Source: Ruminococcus sp.
Lineage (GTDB): Bacteria > Bacillota > Clostridia > Oscillospirales > Ruminococcaceae
NCBI GenBank assembly: GCA_017441505.1
Contig: JAFRXL010000057.1
Location: 16,966-80,965 of the forward strand
Reading direction: 5' to 3'
DNA length: 64,000 nt
Under the pieces are notes generated by a model. It was given only the letters and a program-made list of their open reading frames with translations, was not told where the DNA came from and did not search any database. The translations under genes were made by a program, and so were the position numbers. This document shows, piece by piece, positions 18,668-28,359 of the stretch; positions within the stretch are counted from its first letter, which is position 1, and every line of letters begins with the position of its first letter.

Positions 18668-20997
18668 TGAACAGAAAATTTAAAAAAGTGATAAAGGATT
18701 CTTTTGTATTTCCGGAATCTGAACACAGGGATGAATTTCTGGATCAGGCTGGACTTCTTCCTGAAAATGAAGAAAAACGCCGGCTTTTCATACCGATACA
18801 GTTCAGAATAACCGCCGCAGCTACAGCTTGTGTGCTCGCTATAGGATTATGGAACACTGCTTTTAACAGATCATTGAAGAATGATCTTGAACCACATAAT
18901 GATAATATTATTACCACCGATTCAACAGAAGGCGTTGACAGCCGACCTTCCGATGATGATAATAATAACAAGATAACTACTGATAAAAACACTGTAATTA
19001 CTACTTCAAATGCCAATAATACAAGTAACTTCACTTTTACTACCACAGGATACGGCTATACTGCGACTGGATCCAAGGCAGGAAAAGTAAATACTGCGGT
19101 AACAACTGCGGCTGCTGTGCCGGAAGATAGAAGGTCAACAGTAAAAATAACTACAAAATCAAATAAAGGCAGTGGAGGCAATATTCAGGTGACTACGGCA
19201 GTTATTCCTCCGAAAGGTCCCGAAACTACAAGGAAACCGGAAGAAACGGTTCCTGTAATAGATAATGACGATGATCTTGAAAAACAGATTATTGAATACG
19301 AGAGGAGTATTATTATGAAAAAATTTTTAGCTACACTTGCAGCTTCAGCTTCACTGGTAAATATAGTGCCGGTGTCAAGCTTTGCTGACTATCAGCCTGT
19401 AATAAATAAAGAATTACAATCGTATTTTGATTCTATAGATAACGGTGCAGTAAATGCTGATATAGACGGAAATGGTGTTATAGACCGTTATGACGCTTTT
19501 CTGCTTAATTCATATGCGATCTGCAAAGAATTCGGTGGATTAGTGTGTTTAGAAGATGAACTTACTCAGGAACAGATAGCTGCTGCAAAAGCAAAAGGGG
19601 ATCTGAATAGGGACGGCAAAGTAAATACTGATGACAGTGATATACTGAACAGATATTATACTTACAAAAACGGATATATATTAGATGACTATGATATGAA
19701 TAATTATTATAACAAGGACGGAAATCACACTTTTAACAGCTATTCTATTGTATATGATCTGAAAGATGCTGCTATTGAGACCGGTGCTATGTATAACTAT
19801 GTTAATAATATCATGCAGAATGATCCTTCTTTATTTGATGTAAATGAAAACGGAACAACTGATATTTTCGATATGTATGAGTATTTCATTTATACCTATA
19901 TTGAAAAATTACAGTATGAGCCGGTAGATCAGAGCCATACTATACTCTCTGAAAAATCATTCAATAATTCAAAGAACATAGATGAAAAATATGGATTCCG
20001 CAATGATATTGTCCTGTTGAGCTTAATATGCAATAATGAATTTGATCCTTCTTGGATAGATAAACAAACATATGTAGATTATTATAATCAGCTTATTGAT
20101 AATGCTGACTGGCTTACCGATGAGTATATTGATCTGAATGAGGAGATCCAAAGAGTACTTGCTGATCTTGATCCTGATGATGAAGAAGGTGCAAGAGAAT
20201 ATACAGAATACCTTATAGAATTAAACGAAAAATATCAGGGATTAAAATCTAAAAAGGTATTAGCAGAAAAATATAAACTTATGCCGGAATGCTTCAATAC
20301 GTGTGTTAAAGAAGCTACTATAGATGCTGGCATGACTGCCGTAGAAGATAATTCATGGAAGATAAACGACTATTTCGGCGTAAGCGGCGAAGATTTTGAT
20401 AATGATCTGTTTAACAGTCTGCTTGACCAGTATGAACAGGATGTGCTCAATGGTACTGTAGCTCCTCCTGATGTTAACGGCGACAGAAAAGTAGACAGAG
20501 ATGATAGTTCTGCTCTCGAAACATACTTCGATGACCTTATGGAATATAAAACAGTATACGAAAGCGAACTTAATGAAAAAACATGGAATTATATAGATAA
20601 ACAGCTTGATATAAACAATAACGGCATATGCGGAGACCTTTATGATATTTATGTAGCTATTACGTTCATTGTAAAGGACGTTGGAAAAGAAGAGCTCGAT
20701 AATGCTGTAGATGCTTACTACGCTAAGCTCGATGAGCAGAACCAGATCGCTGAGATCGAACATATCAAGTATCTTGAGGGACTCAAGGGAATTACTGTTA
20801 CACGTTCAGGCGATGCTAACAACAGCGGTTCAGTGAATATGGCAGATGCTGTAATTATCATGCAGAACAACTGCAATCCTGATGATTACCAGCTCAGCCC
20901 TGTAGGCGAATTCAATGCTGACGTAAACAATACCGGTGACGGTGTTACACTCGGTGATGCTCTTACAATTCAGCGTAGACTCGTTGGACTTGAATGA
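18664..20997 (+). CDS. Anti-sigma-like membrane protein fused in frame to a signal-peptide-bearing multi-dockerin/EF-hand module
   Basis: Overlaps the sigma stop codon; TM at about aa 45-63; Thr-rich linker; internal MKKFLATLAASASLV...SSFA; several D.N.DG..D..D loops; canonical C-terminal dockerin (GDANNSG...ADAV...NADV...DALTIQR). Confidence 0.8.
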   Translation: MMNRKFKKVIKDSFVFPESEHRDEFLDQAGLLPENEEKRRLFIPIQFRITAAATACVLAIGLWNTAFNRSLKNDLEPHNDNIITTDSTEGVDSRPSDDDNNNKITTDKNTVITTSNANNTSNFTFTTTGYGYTATGSKAGKVNTAVTTAAAVPEDRRSTVKITTKSNKGSGGNIQVTTAVIPPKGPETTRKPEETVPVIDNDDDLEKQIIEYERSIIMKKFLATLAASASLVNIVPVSSFADYQPVINKELQSYFDSIDNGAVNADIDGNGVIDRYDAFLLNSYAICKEFGGLVCLEDELTQEQIAAAKAKGDLNRDGKVNTDDSDILNRYYTYKNGYILDDYDMNNYYNKDGNHTFNSYSIVYDLKDAAIETGAMYNYVNNIMQNDPSLFDVNENGTTDIFDMYEYFIYTYIEKLQYEPVDQSHTILSEKSFNNSKNIDEKYGFRNDIVLLSLICNNEFDPSWIDKQTYVDYYNQLIDNADWLTDEYIDLNEEIQRVLADLDPDDEEGAREYTEYLIELNEKYQGLKSKKVLAEKYKLMPECFNTCVKEATIDAGMTAVEDNSWKINDYFGVSGEDFDNDLFNSLLDQYEQDVLNGTVAPPDVNGDRKVDRDDSSALETYFDDLMEYKTVYESELNEKTWNYIDKQLDINNNGICGDLYDIYVAITFIVKDVGKEELDNAVDAYYAKLDEQNQIAEIEHIKYLEGLKGITVTRSGDANNSGSVNMADAVIIMQNNCNPDDYQLSPVGEFNADVNNTGDGVTLGDALTIQRRLVGLE

Positions 20998-21022
20998 TCG
21001 ATCACATCTCCCATAACATATA

Positions 21023-21094
21023 AGCAGAGCCGTCCCGTAAAAAGGACGGCTTTGCTGTAATAAAAGGGCAGACCTAATTAAAAAAGGTCTGCCC
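21023..21094. terminator. Two tandem hairpins between convergent genes
   Basis: GCAGAGCCGTCC...GGACGGCTTTGC and AGGGCAGACC...GGTCTGCCCT. Confidence 0.7.
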
Positions 21095-21101
21095 TGTAAA
21101 A

Positions 21102-23372
21102 TTATTTCTGTTTTATGCGGAAGCTGCTGTTGCGGAGTTTATTTACGTCAAAGCCCTTCTGCTTCTTGTCCTCACGCTTTTTCTTAGGACGGCGGTCGGA
21201 CTGCTGTTTCTTCTCCTCCTCGTCGTTAAGACGCATTGTAAGAGAGATACGGTTACGCTTTATATCAACATCAAGGACTCTCACCTTTACAACTTCTCCG
21301 ACTTTTACTGCTTCAAGAGGATGCTTGATATATCTGCTGCATATCTGAGAAATATGTACAAGACCGTCCTCGTGAACGCCGATGTCAACAAATACACCAA
21401 AATCGATGATATTGCGGACTGTTCCGACAAGTTCCATACCCGGTTTAAGGTCTTTTATCTCCATAATGTCGCCGCTTCTCATGAGCGGAGGCGGAAGCTC
21501 GTCACGGAGGTCACGGCCCGGCTTTTTAAGCTCTCCGATGATGTCTGTGAGAGTAGGAACACCGATACCGAGATTATTGCTTATGTTATCTATGCCGATG
21601 CTTTCAGCCTTTTCAGAGATTCCCTCTGCACCGCCGTTTGATATATCAGCAAGAGTGAATCCGCATTCGCTGAGGAGTGATGAAGCTGCTGCGTAGCTTT
21701 CAGGGTGAACGGCAGTATTATCAAGAGGATTCTTTCCGTCACGCACTCTGAGGAAGCCTGCACACTGCTCGAAAGCCTTTTTGCCGAGCTTTGCAACTTT
21801 CATAAGCTCTTTTCTGTCAGTGAACTTGCCGTTTTCCTCACGGTAAGCAACAATATTCTTAGCAACAGCGGAATTTATGCCTGATACGTATGAGAGGAGC
21901 GAATAAGAAGCTGTGTTGAGGTCGACACCGACGGAGTTAACGCAGTCCTCAACGACACCGCCGAGAGCTTCGCTCATTCTTGCCTGAGGCATATCGTGCT
22001 GATACTGACCAACACCTATAGCTTTTGGCTCTATTTTTACGAGTTCTGCCAGAGGGTCCTGAAGGCGGCGTGCAATCGAGATAGCACCTCTGATAGAAAC
22101 ATCGTACTCCGGAAATTCCTCAGCAGCAAGTTTAGAAGCGGAGTAAACAGAAGCTCCAGCCTCGTTTACTATCATATAGCTTACATCTGCTGACATTTCC
22201 TTGATTATGTCGGCAGTGAAAGTCTCAGTCTCACGGGAAGCAGTACCGTTTCCGATAGAAATAGCTGTAACGCCGTATTTTTCAATGAACTGCTTTACCT
22301 TTTTCTTTGCAGCTTCAACAGCACCTGCTGAACCTGTAGGGTAGATTATAGCTGTATCGAGCACCTTGCCTGTGCCGTCGATAACAGCAGTCTTACAGCC
22401 GTGAGCATAACCCGGGTCAAGACCGAGGATAACGCTGTGTTTAAGAGGCGGCTGGAGAAGCATCTGGCGGAGATTAGCTGCAAATACCTTTATTGAGGAC
22501 TCAGCAGCCTTAGAGCTCATATCTGAACGTATCTCACGCTCTATAGACGGGAAAATAAGTCTCTTATAGCTGTCGGCAGCAGCAGCTCTTACAAGCTCGC
22601 CGCAGGCATTGTTAGCCTTTATGTACTTTCCGAAGATAACGTCAGTAGCGAGAGTTTCGTCGAGAGTTACAGCGACTTTGAGGAAGCCTTCCTTCTCACC
22701 TCTGTCGAGAGCGAGCACACGGTGGTCAGCGACCTTAGGTATAGCCTCTGAGTAGTCGTAGTAATTCATATAAACGCTTTCAGCCTCGGCATCGGAAGCC
22801 TTGGAGGTAAGCTCGCCCTTTTCGCCTGCGAGAGCACGGAGCTTCTTTCTTATATCAGCGTCATCGGATATATCCTCAGCGATGATGTCCATAGCACCCT
22901 GTATAGCTGTCTGAGCGTCGTTTATCTTCTTTTCCTCATTTATATAAGCCTCAGCTTCTTTTTCAGGCTCTGTGGAGTTTTCCTGAGCCATGATAAGCTC
23001 TGCGAGCGGTTCAAGACCGTTTTCTCTTGCGATGCTTGCTCTTGTTCTTCTCTTTGGCTTGAACGGACGGTAGATGTCCTCAACTTCAACGAGAGTCATA
23101 GCAGCACTGATAGCAGCCTCTATCTCAGGAGTCATTTTTTCCTGTTCAGTTATAGAATTTGTGACTTCCTGCTTACGTTTTTCAAGGTTTCTGAGGTACA
23201 TAAGTCTGTCATAGAGTTCACGGAGGACCTGATCGTCCAGAGAACCTGTAAGCTCCTTACGGTAACGAGCGATAAACGGGATAGTCTGATCGTCGTCGAT
23301 GAGCTGGACAGTATTATCCACCTGTTCCTGTTTAAGTCCGAATTCTTTTGCAAGGGTTTTGTTAATATCCAT
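21102..23372 (-). CDS. tex: Tex-family RNA-binding transcriptional accessory protein
   Basis: TIPFIARYRKE.TG.LD, GLDPG, VNEAGASVYSAS, IGVGQYQHD, C-terminal S1 domain (FGVFVDIGVH.DGLVHIS). Confidence 0.95.
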   Translation of the reverse strand: MDINKTLAKEFGLKQEQVDNTVQLIDDDQTIPFIARYRKELTGSLDDQVLRELYDRLMYLRNLEKRKQEVTNSITEQEKMTPEIEAAISAAMTLVEVEDIYRPFKPKRRTRASIARENGLEPLAELIMAQENSTEPEKEAEAYINEEKKINDAQTAIQGAMDIIAEDISDDADIRKKLRALAGEKGELTSKASDAEAESVYMNYYDYSEAIPKVADHRVLALDRGEKEGFLKVAVTLDETLATDVIFGKYIKANNACGELVRAAAADSYKRLIFPSIEREIRSDMSSKAAESSIKVFAANLRQMLLQPPLKHSVILGLDPGYAHGCKTAVIDGTGKVLDTAIIYPTGSAGAVEAAKKKVKQFIEKYGVTAISIGNGTASRETETFTADIIKEMSADVSYMIVNEAGASVYSASKLAAEEFPEYDVSIRGAISIARRLQDPLAELVKIEPKAIGVGQYQHDMPQARMSEALGGVVEDCVNSVGVDLNTASYSLLSYVSGINSAVAKNIVAYREENGKFTDRKELMKVAKLGKKAFEQCAGFLRVRDGKNPLDNTAVHPESYAAASSLLSECGFTLADISNGGAEGISEKAESIGIDNISNNLGIGVPTLTDIIGELKKPGRDLRDELPPPLMRSGDIMEIKDLKPGMELVGTVRNIIDFGVFVDIGVHEDGLVHISQICSRYIKHPLEAVKVGEVVKVRVLDVDIKRNRISLTMRLNDEEEKKQQSDRRPKKKREDKKQKGFDVNKLRNSSFRIKQK

Positions 23373-23394
23373 AATTTATCCTTTCTGTGCATTG

Positions 23395-24372
23395 TCACTG
23401 CTGGATGTCTGTACCGGTCTCAGGCTCTTCTGTAGGGTCATTGAAGCGGTCTATCCATGAAAACAGTGATTTTGCTATATCTTTCCAGACATTGATGCTG
23501 TTCTTTTCATTGAGCAGATCATGACGCATCCCATCAAAAATACGGTGAGAAATGCTCTCGTATCCGATCTTTTCGAGCTTAGCGATATATTTGAAGAACT
23601 TCTTCTCTGAGATCATACAAGGGTCATCCTTGCCGGAGATGAATCTTATTGGCAGAGACGGATTATTGATCTCCCAGTTTTTCAGAGAATCGGCGTTTTT
23701 AATAAGTTTCAGCATTTCCTCGTAGCCGTTCATAGTTATCTTGAAGTTGCAGAGGGGATCGCTGTTGAAGCTTTCAACTGCGTCCGGATCGCTGCATCTC
23801 CACGAGTTATCCGGCTGTTCAAAGAATTTACCGAAACGGTCATCTATCATATCATAAAGTTTTTCGCTGCGGAAGCGAGTTCCGAGCTTTTTAGAGATTT
23901 CTGATCTAATGCCTCTTACTACCGGCGAGAAGGAGCTGTAGCACGGAAGTCCGAGAAGTACGATACCATTGGCGGAGGTGTCGTTCTTTTTCATGAAACC
24001 TACAACACCGGAAGCTCCTGTGCCGCTTCCCATTATAAATACAGGGAGCTGCGGATAGGTCTCGTGGATGAATCTGTTTATCTGGGCAATGTCGCTGACA
24101 AAGCCTTCGCTGCCGTTTCTGAACATAAAACCAAGATCGTCCTCTGAGCAGATGCTCTTTCCGTGACCTCTGTTGTCGTGTATAACTGTAATAAAGCCTT
24201 CCTCGGCAAGGTAATCCATGAATGGGTAATAACGCTCTTTGTGCTCCTGCATACCGTGGACTATCTGAACGATACCGTTCGGCTCTCCCATAGGGACAGC
24301 GATAGCTGCGGAAACGATGAGCTCATCAAATTCTGAGGCAAATTCAAATTCCTTCAGATCAGCATTAAGCAT
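23395..24372 (-). CDS. Alpha/beta hydrolase, lysophospholipase-like (nucleophile motif degenerate)
   Basis: QIVHGM.EH..RY, HDNRGHG.S, SG.DDP, MRH.LLNE; GSGTG in place of GHSMG. Confidence 0.8.
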   Translation of the reverse strand: MLNADLKEFEFASEFDELIVSAAIAVPMGEPNGIVQIVHGMQEHKERYYPFMDYLAEEGFITVIHDNRGHGKSICSEDDLGFMFRNGSEGFVSDIAQINRFIHETYPQLPVFIMGSGTGASGVVGFMKKNDTSANGIVLLGLPCYSSFSPVVRGIRSEISKKLGTRFRSEKLYDMIDDRFGKFFEQPDNSWRCSDPDAVESFNSDPLCNFKITMNGYEEMLKLIKNADSLKNWEINNPSLPIRFISGKDDPCMISEKKFFKYIAKLEKIGYESISHRIFDGMRHDLLNEKNSINVWKDIAKSLFSWIDRFNDPTEEPETGTDIQQ

Positions 24373-24521
24373 AACTATCCTCCTGTCGTAAAAGGTGTAC
24401 GAGCCTTATTATACCACATATTGCAGATTAAATCAAGTATTGCGGCTGGTATATCGTTTAATATGTAAATAATAAGCAATTTTCAAGGGCAATATTGTTG
24501 TTTTATGTGGGATTTTATAAT

Positions 24522-24653
24522 TTGAAAAAGCAAATAAAAGCAAACCGAAAGCGGATCAAAGCAAAAAAAGCTGATACTGTAACTGTTACTGATAATGATA
24601 CTGTTAATGATAATGATACTGATATATATTATCATTTCCGTTCACGGAACTGA
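24522..24653 (+). pseudogene. Short low-complexity remnant resembling the KAKKAD-(N/T)D-repeat linker of DUF6291-type mobile-element proteins
   Basis: Reads LKKQIKANRKRIKAKKADTVTVTDNDTVNDNDTDIYYHFRSRN*; no ATG or RBS; 6-bp periodic GATA(A/C)T repeats. Confidence 0.4.
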
Positions 24654-24834
24654 AATGATAAACCACCAAAACAACATATCATCAATAATACCTAAAAATA
24701 AAAAAATACCTTAACTTATTTTCCTCTTGCAATTTATGTAGATTTATGTTATCATATAAAATAAGAAATTATGCCATGCCATGTGGCAAATAATATTATC
24801 GTACATTTCATAGTGTACGGGTTGGGAGATAAAT

Positions 24835-27800
24835 ATGCCAAAAAGACAGGATATTAACAAGATCATGATCATCGGTTCAGGCCCTATCATTATCGGTCAG
24901 GCCTGTGAATTCGACTACTCAGGTACTCAGGCTTGTAAAGCCCTCCGTAAACTGGGTTACGAGATCGTTCTCGTGAATTCAAATCCAGCTACTATCATGA
25001 CTGATCCCGATGTTGCTGATATTACTTACATCGAGCCGCTCAATCTTTCAAGACTTACACAGATCATAGAAAAAGAACGTCCGGATGCTCTCCTTCCGAA
25101 CCTCGGCGGACAGTCCGGACTTAACCTCTGCTCTGAGCTTGATAAGGCTGGCGTGCTTAAAAAATATAACGTACAGGTCATCGGCGTTCAGGTGGATGCT
25201 ATCGAGCGTGGTGAGGACCGTATAGAGTTCAAGAACGCTATGAACGATCTCGGCATCGGTATGCCTAAGAGTCAGGTAGCTTACTCTGTTGATGAAGCTG
25301 TAAAGATCGCAGAACAGCTCAAATATCCTGTTGTTCTCCGTCCTGCTTACACCATGGGCGGTGCAGGCGGCGGTATGGTATATAACGTCGATGAGCTCAA
25401 GGTCGTATGTGCAAGAGGACTTCAGGCTTCTCTCGTTGGTCAGGTACTCGTTGAGGAGTGCATTTTCGGCTGGGAAGAGCTTGAACTTGAAGTTGTACGT
25501 GACGCTGACAACAACAAAATCACTGTCTGCTTTATCGAAAATATCGATCCTATCGGCGTTCATACAGGTGACTCCTTCTGCTCTGCTCCGATGCTCACAA
25601 TTCCGGAGGACGTTCAGAAAGAGCTTCAGGATATGTCATACCGTATAATCGAGTCTATCGAGGTTATCGGCGGATGTAACTGTCAGTTTGCCCGTGACCC
25701 TGAAACAGGACGTATCGTTGTTATCGAGATCAACCCAAGAACTTCACGTTCTTCTGCTCTCGCTTCAAAGGCTACAGGTTTCCCGATCGCCTTTGTTTCC
25801 GCACTTCTTGCCTGCGGTCTCACTTTAAAGGACATCCCTTGCGGCAAGTACGGCACTCTCGACAAGTACTATCCGGACGGCGATTATATCGTTATCAAGT
25901 TCGCTCGCTGGGCTTTCGAGAAGTTCAAGGGTGCAGAGGATAAGCTCGGTACTCAGATGAGAGCTGTCGGCGAAGTTATGAGCATTGGTAAGACCTATAA
26001 GGAAGCTTTCCAGAAGGCTATCCGTTCACTCGAAAAGGACAGATACGGTCTCGGATTCGCTAAGAATTTCCACGAAATGACAAAGGATCAGCTTATGGCT
26101 GAGCTCAGATACCCTACAAGCGAGAGACAGTTCGTTATGTATGAAGCTCTCCGTAAGGGTGCAACTGTTGATGAGCTCCATGAGCTTACTAAGATAAAGA
26201 AGTATTTCATCGAGCAGATGAAGGAGCTCGTTGATGAAGAAGAAGCACTTCTCGCAAACAAGGGTGCTGTTCCTGCTGAAAATGTACTCAGACAGGCTAA
26301 ACTCGACGGTTTCTCTGACCGTTACCTCAGCTCTCTCCTCGAAGTTACTGAGGAGGAGATAAGAAATGCCCGCATCGGCTTCGGTATCAAGGAAGCTTGG
26401 GAGGGCGTTCACGTAAGCGGTACTGAAAATGCTGCTTATTACTACTCAACATATCACCTTGACGAAGACAAGAGCCCTGTAAGTGACAAGCCAAAGATAA
26501 TGATACTCGGCGGCGGTCCTAACAGAATCGGTCAGGGTATCGAGTTCGACTACTGTTGCGTTCACGCTGCTCTTGCTCTTAAAAAGCTCGGTTTCGAGTC
26601 TATCATAGTAAACTGTAACCCGGAGACTGTTTCTACAGACTATGATACATCAGATAAGCTCTATTTCGAGCCTCTTACACTGGAGGATGTTCTCTCTATC
26701 CACGAAAAGGAAAAGCCGGTAGGAGTTATCGCTCAGTTCGGCGGTCAGACTCCTCTTAACCTCGCTAACGACCTCAAAAAGTACGGCGTAAATATCCTCG
26801 GTACAACTCCTGAGACTATCGATCTCGCTGAGGACAGAGATCACTTCCGTGCTATGATGGACAAGCTCGGCATCCCGATGCCAGAGGCTGGCATGGCTGT
26901 TAACGTTGACGAAGCCCTTGAAATAGCTAACCGCATCGGTTACCCTGTTATGGTTCGTCCTTCTTACGTTCTCGGCGGACGTGGTATGGAGATCGTTCAC
27001 GATGACGAGATGATGAGAGTTTATATGTCCGCTGCTGTTGGTGTAACTCCGGACAGACCTATCCTCATCGACAGATTCCTCAATCACGCTACAGAGTGCG
27101 AGGCTGACGCTATTTCCGATGGTACTCACTGCTTCGTTCCTGCTGTTATGGAGCATATCGAGCTCGCAGGTGTTCACTCCGGCGACTCCGCTTGTATCCT
27201 TCCTTCAATGAACCTCACAGATAAGCAGGTCGCTACTATCAAGGACTACACAAAGCGTATCGCTGTTGAAATGAATGTATGCGGTCTTATGAATATGCAG
27301 TACGCTATAGAGGGCGACACTGTTTACGTTCTTGAAGCTAATCCTCGTGCTTCACGTACTGTTCCGCTCGTATCAAAGGTATGCAGCATCAACATGGTGC
27401 AGATAGCTACTCAGATAATCACTTCTTCCCTTACAGGCAAGCCTTCTCCTGTTCCGGAGCTTAAAGATAAGGTTATCAACCACTACGGCGTTAAGGAAGC
27501 TGTTTTCCCATTCAATATGTTCCAGGAAGTTGACCCTGTTCTCGGACCTGAGATGCGTTCTACAGGTGAGGTTCTCGGTATAGCTCCTACATTCGGTGAG
27601 GCTTACTATAAGGCTCAGGAAGCTACAAAGACAAGTCTTCCGCTCGAAGGAACTGTTCTCCTCAGTATTTGTGACAGAGATAAGCCGGAGCTCATTGACA
27701 TCGCTAAGTCATTCAACGAGCTTGGATTCCGTATCATCGCTACAGGCAAGTCCTACGAGATGATAAAGGAAGCCGGCATACCTGCTGAGCGTATATATAA

Positions 27801-28053
27801 GATATATGAGGGCAGACCAAATATAGCTGACGAGATCGCTAACGGCGAGATACAGCTCATAATCAATACTCCTGCCGGCAAGACAAGTGCTCACGACGAC
27901 AGCTATATACGTAAAGCTGCTATCAAGCACCGTGTACCTTACATCACCACTATGGCTGCTGCTAAGGCAAGTGCAGAGGGTATAAAGGCTCTTAAAGAGA
28001 ATAAACACTTTGGTGTAAAGTCACTTCAGGCTCATCACGCTGATATTAAGTAA
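24835..28053 (+). CDS. carB: Carbamoyl-phosphate synthase large subunit
   Basis: MPKR..I.KI.IIGSGPI.IGQACEFDYSG, duplicated ATP-grasp (GGGPNRIGQGIEFDYCCVH), C-terminal MGS domain. Confidence 0.97.
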   Translation: MPKRQDINKIMIIGSGPIIIGQACEFDYSGTQACKALRKLGYEIVLVNSNPATIMTDPDVADITYIEPLNLSRLTQIIEKERPDALLPNLGGQSGLNLCSELDKAGVLKKYNVQVIGVQVDAIERGEDRIEFKNAMNDLGIGMPKSQVAYSVDEAVKIAEQLKYPVVLRPAYTMGGAGGGMVYNVDELKVVCARGLQASLVGQVLVEECIFGWEELELEVVRDADNNKITVCFIENIDPIGVHTGDSFCSAPMLTIPEDVQKELQDMSYRIIESIEVIGGCNCQFARDPETGRIVVIEINPRTSRSSALASKATGFPIAFVSALLACGLTLKDIPCGKYGTLDKYYPDGDYIVIKFARWAFEKFKGAEDKLGTQMRAVGEVMSIGKTYKEAFQKAIRSLEKDRYGLGFAKNFHEMTKDQLMAELRYPTSERQFVMYEALRKGATVDELHELTKIKKYFIEQMKELVDEEEALLANKGAVPAENVLRQAKLDGFSDRYLSSLLEVTEEEIRNARIGFGIKEAWEGVHVSGTENAAYYYSTYHLDEDKSPVSDKPKIMILGGGPNRIGQGIEFDYCCVHAALALKKLGFESIIVNCNPETVSTDYDTSDKLYFEPLTLEDVLSIHEKEKPVGVIAQFGGQTPLNLANDLKKYGVNILGTTPETIDLAEDRDHFRAMMDKLGIPMPEAGMAVNVDEALEIANRIGYPVMVRPSYVLGGRGMEIVHDDEMMRVYMSAAVGVTPDRPILIDRFLNHATECEADAISDGTHCFVPAVMEHIELAGVHSGDSACILPSMNLTDKQVATIKDYTKRIAVEMNVCGLMNMQYAIEGDTVYVLEANPRASRTVPLVSKVCSINMVQIATQIITSSLTGKPSPVPELKDKVINHYGVKEAVFPFNMFQEVDPVLGPEMRSTGEVLGIAPTFGEAYYKAQEATKTSLPLEGTVLLSICDRDKPELIDIAKSFNELGFRIIATGKSYEMIKEAGIPAERIYKIYEGRPNIADEIANGEIQLIINTPAGKTSAHDDSYIRKAAIKHRVPYITTMAAAKASAEGIKALKENKHFGVKSLQAHHADIK

Positions 28054-28060
28054 AACATTT

Positions 28061-28095
28061 AAAGGTCCTCGTCAAAATAGTACGAGGACCTTTTT
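28061..28095 (+). terminator. carB terminator
   Basis: AAAGGTCCTCGT...ACGAGGACCTTTTT. Confidence 0.8.
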
Positions 28096-28359
28096 ATCAA
28101 TTATTGCGGTTACGGTATATAATTTTTATATACTTATTTAATGGCTATATATCGCCGTGCGACCGTTAATCACCAACGCCTGCTTTTCTCGAAAAAACAG
28201 GCGTTTTTTTACGCCTAAATGTCATTATTTTACCATTTTTGTCATTAAAGTTATATACCTTTTACCTGCTTTATTGTATATTGTTATTGAGAACAATGAA
28301 CCGGATGCCCATAAGGGTAAATTTTATGTGAAAGGTTCACAGATTGAGAGGGAAAGTTT

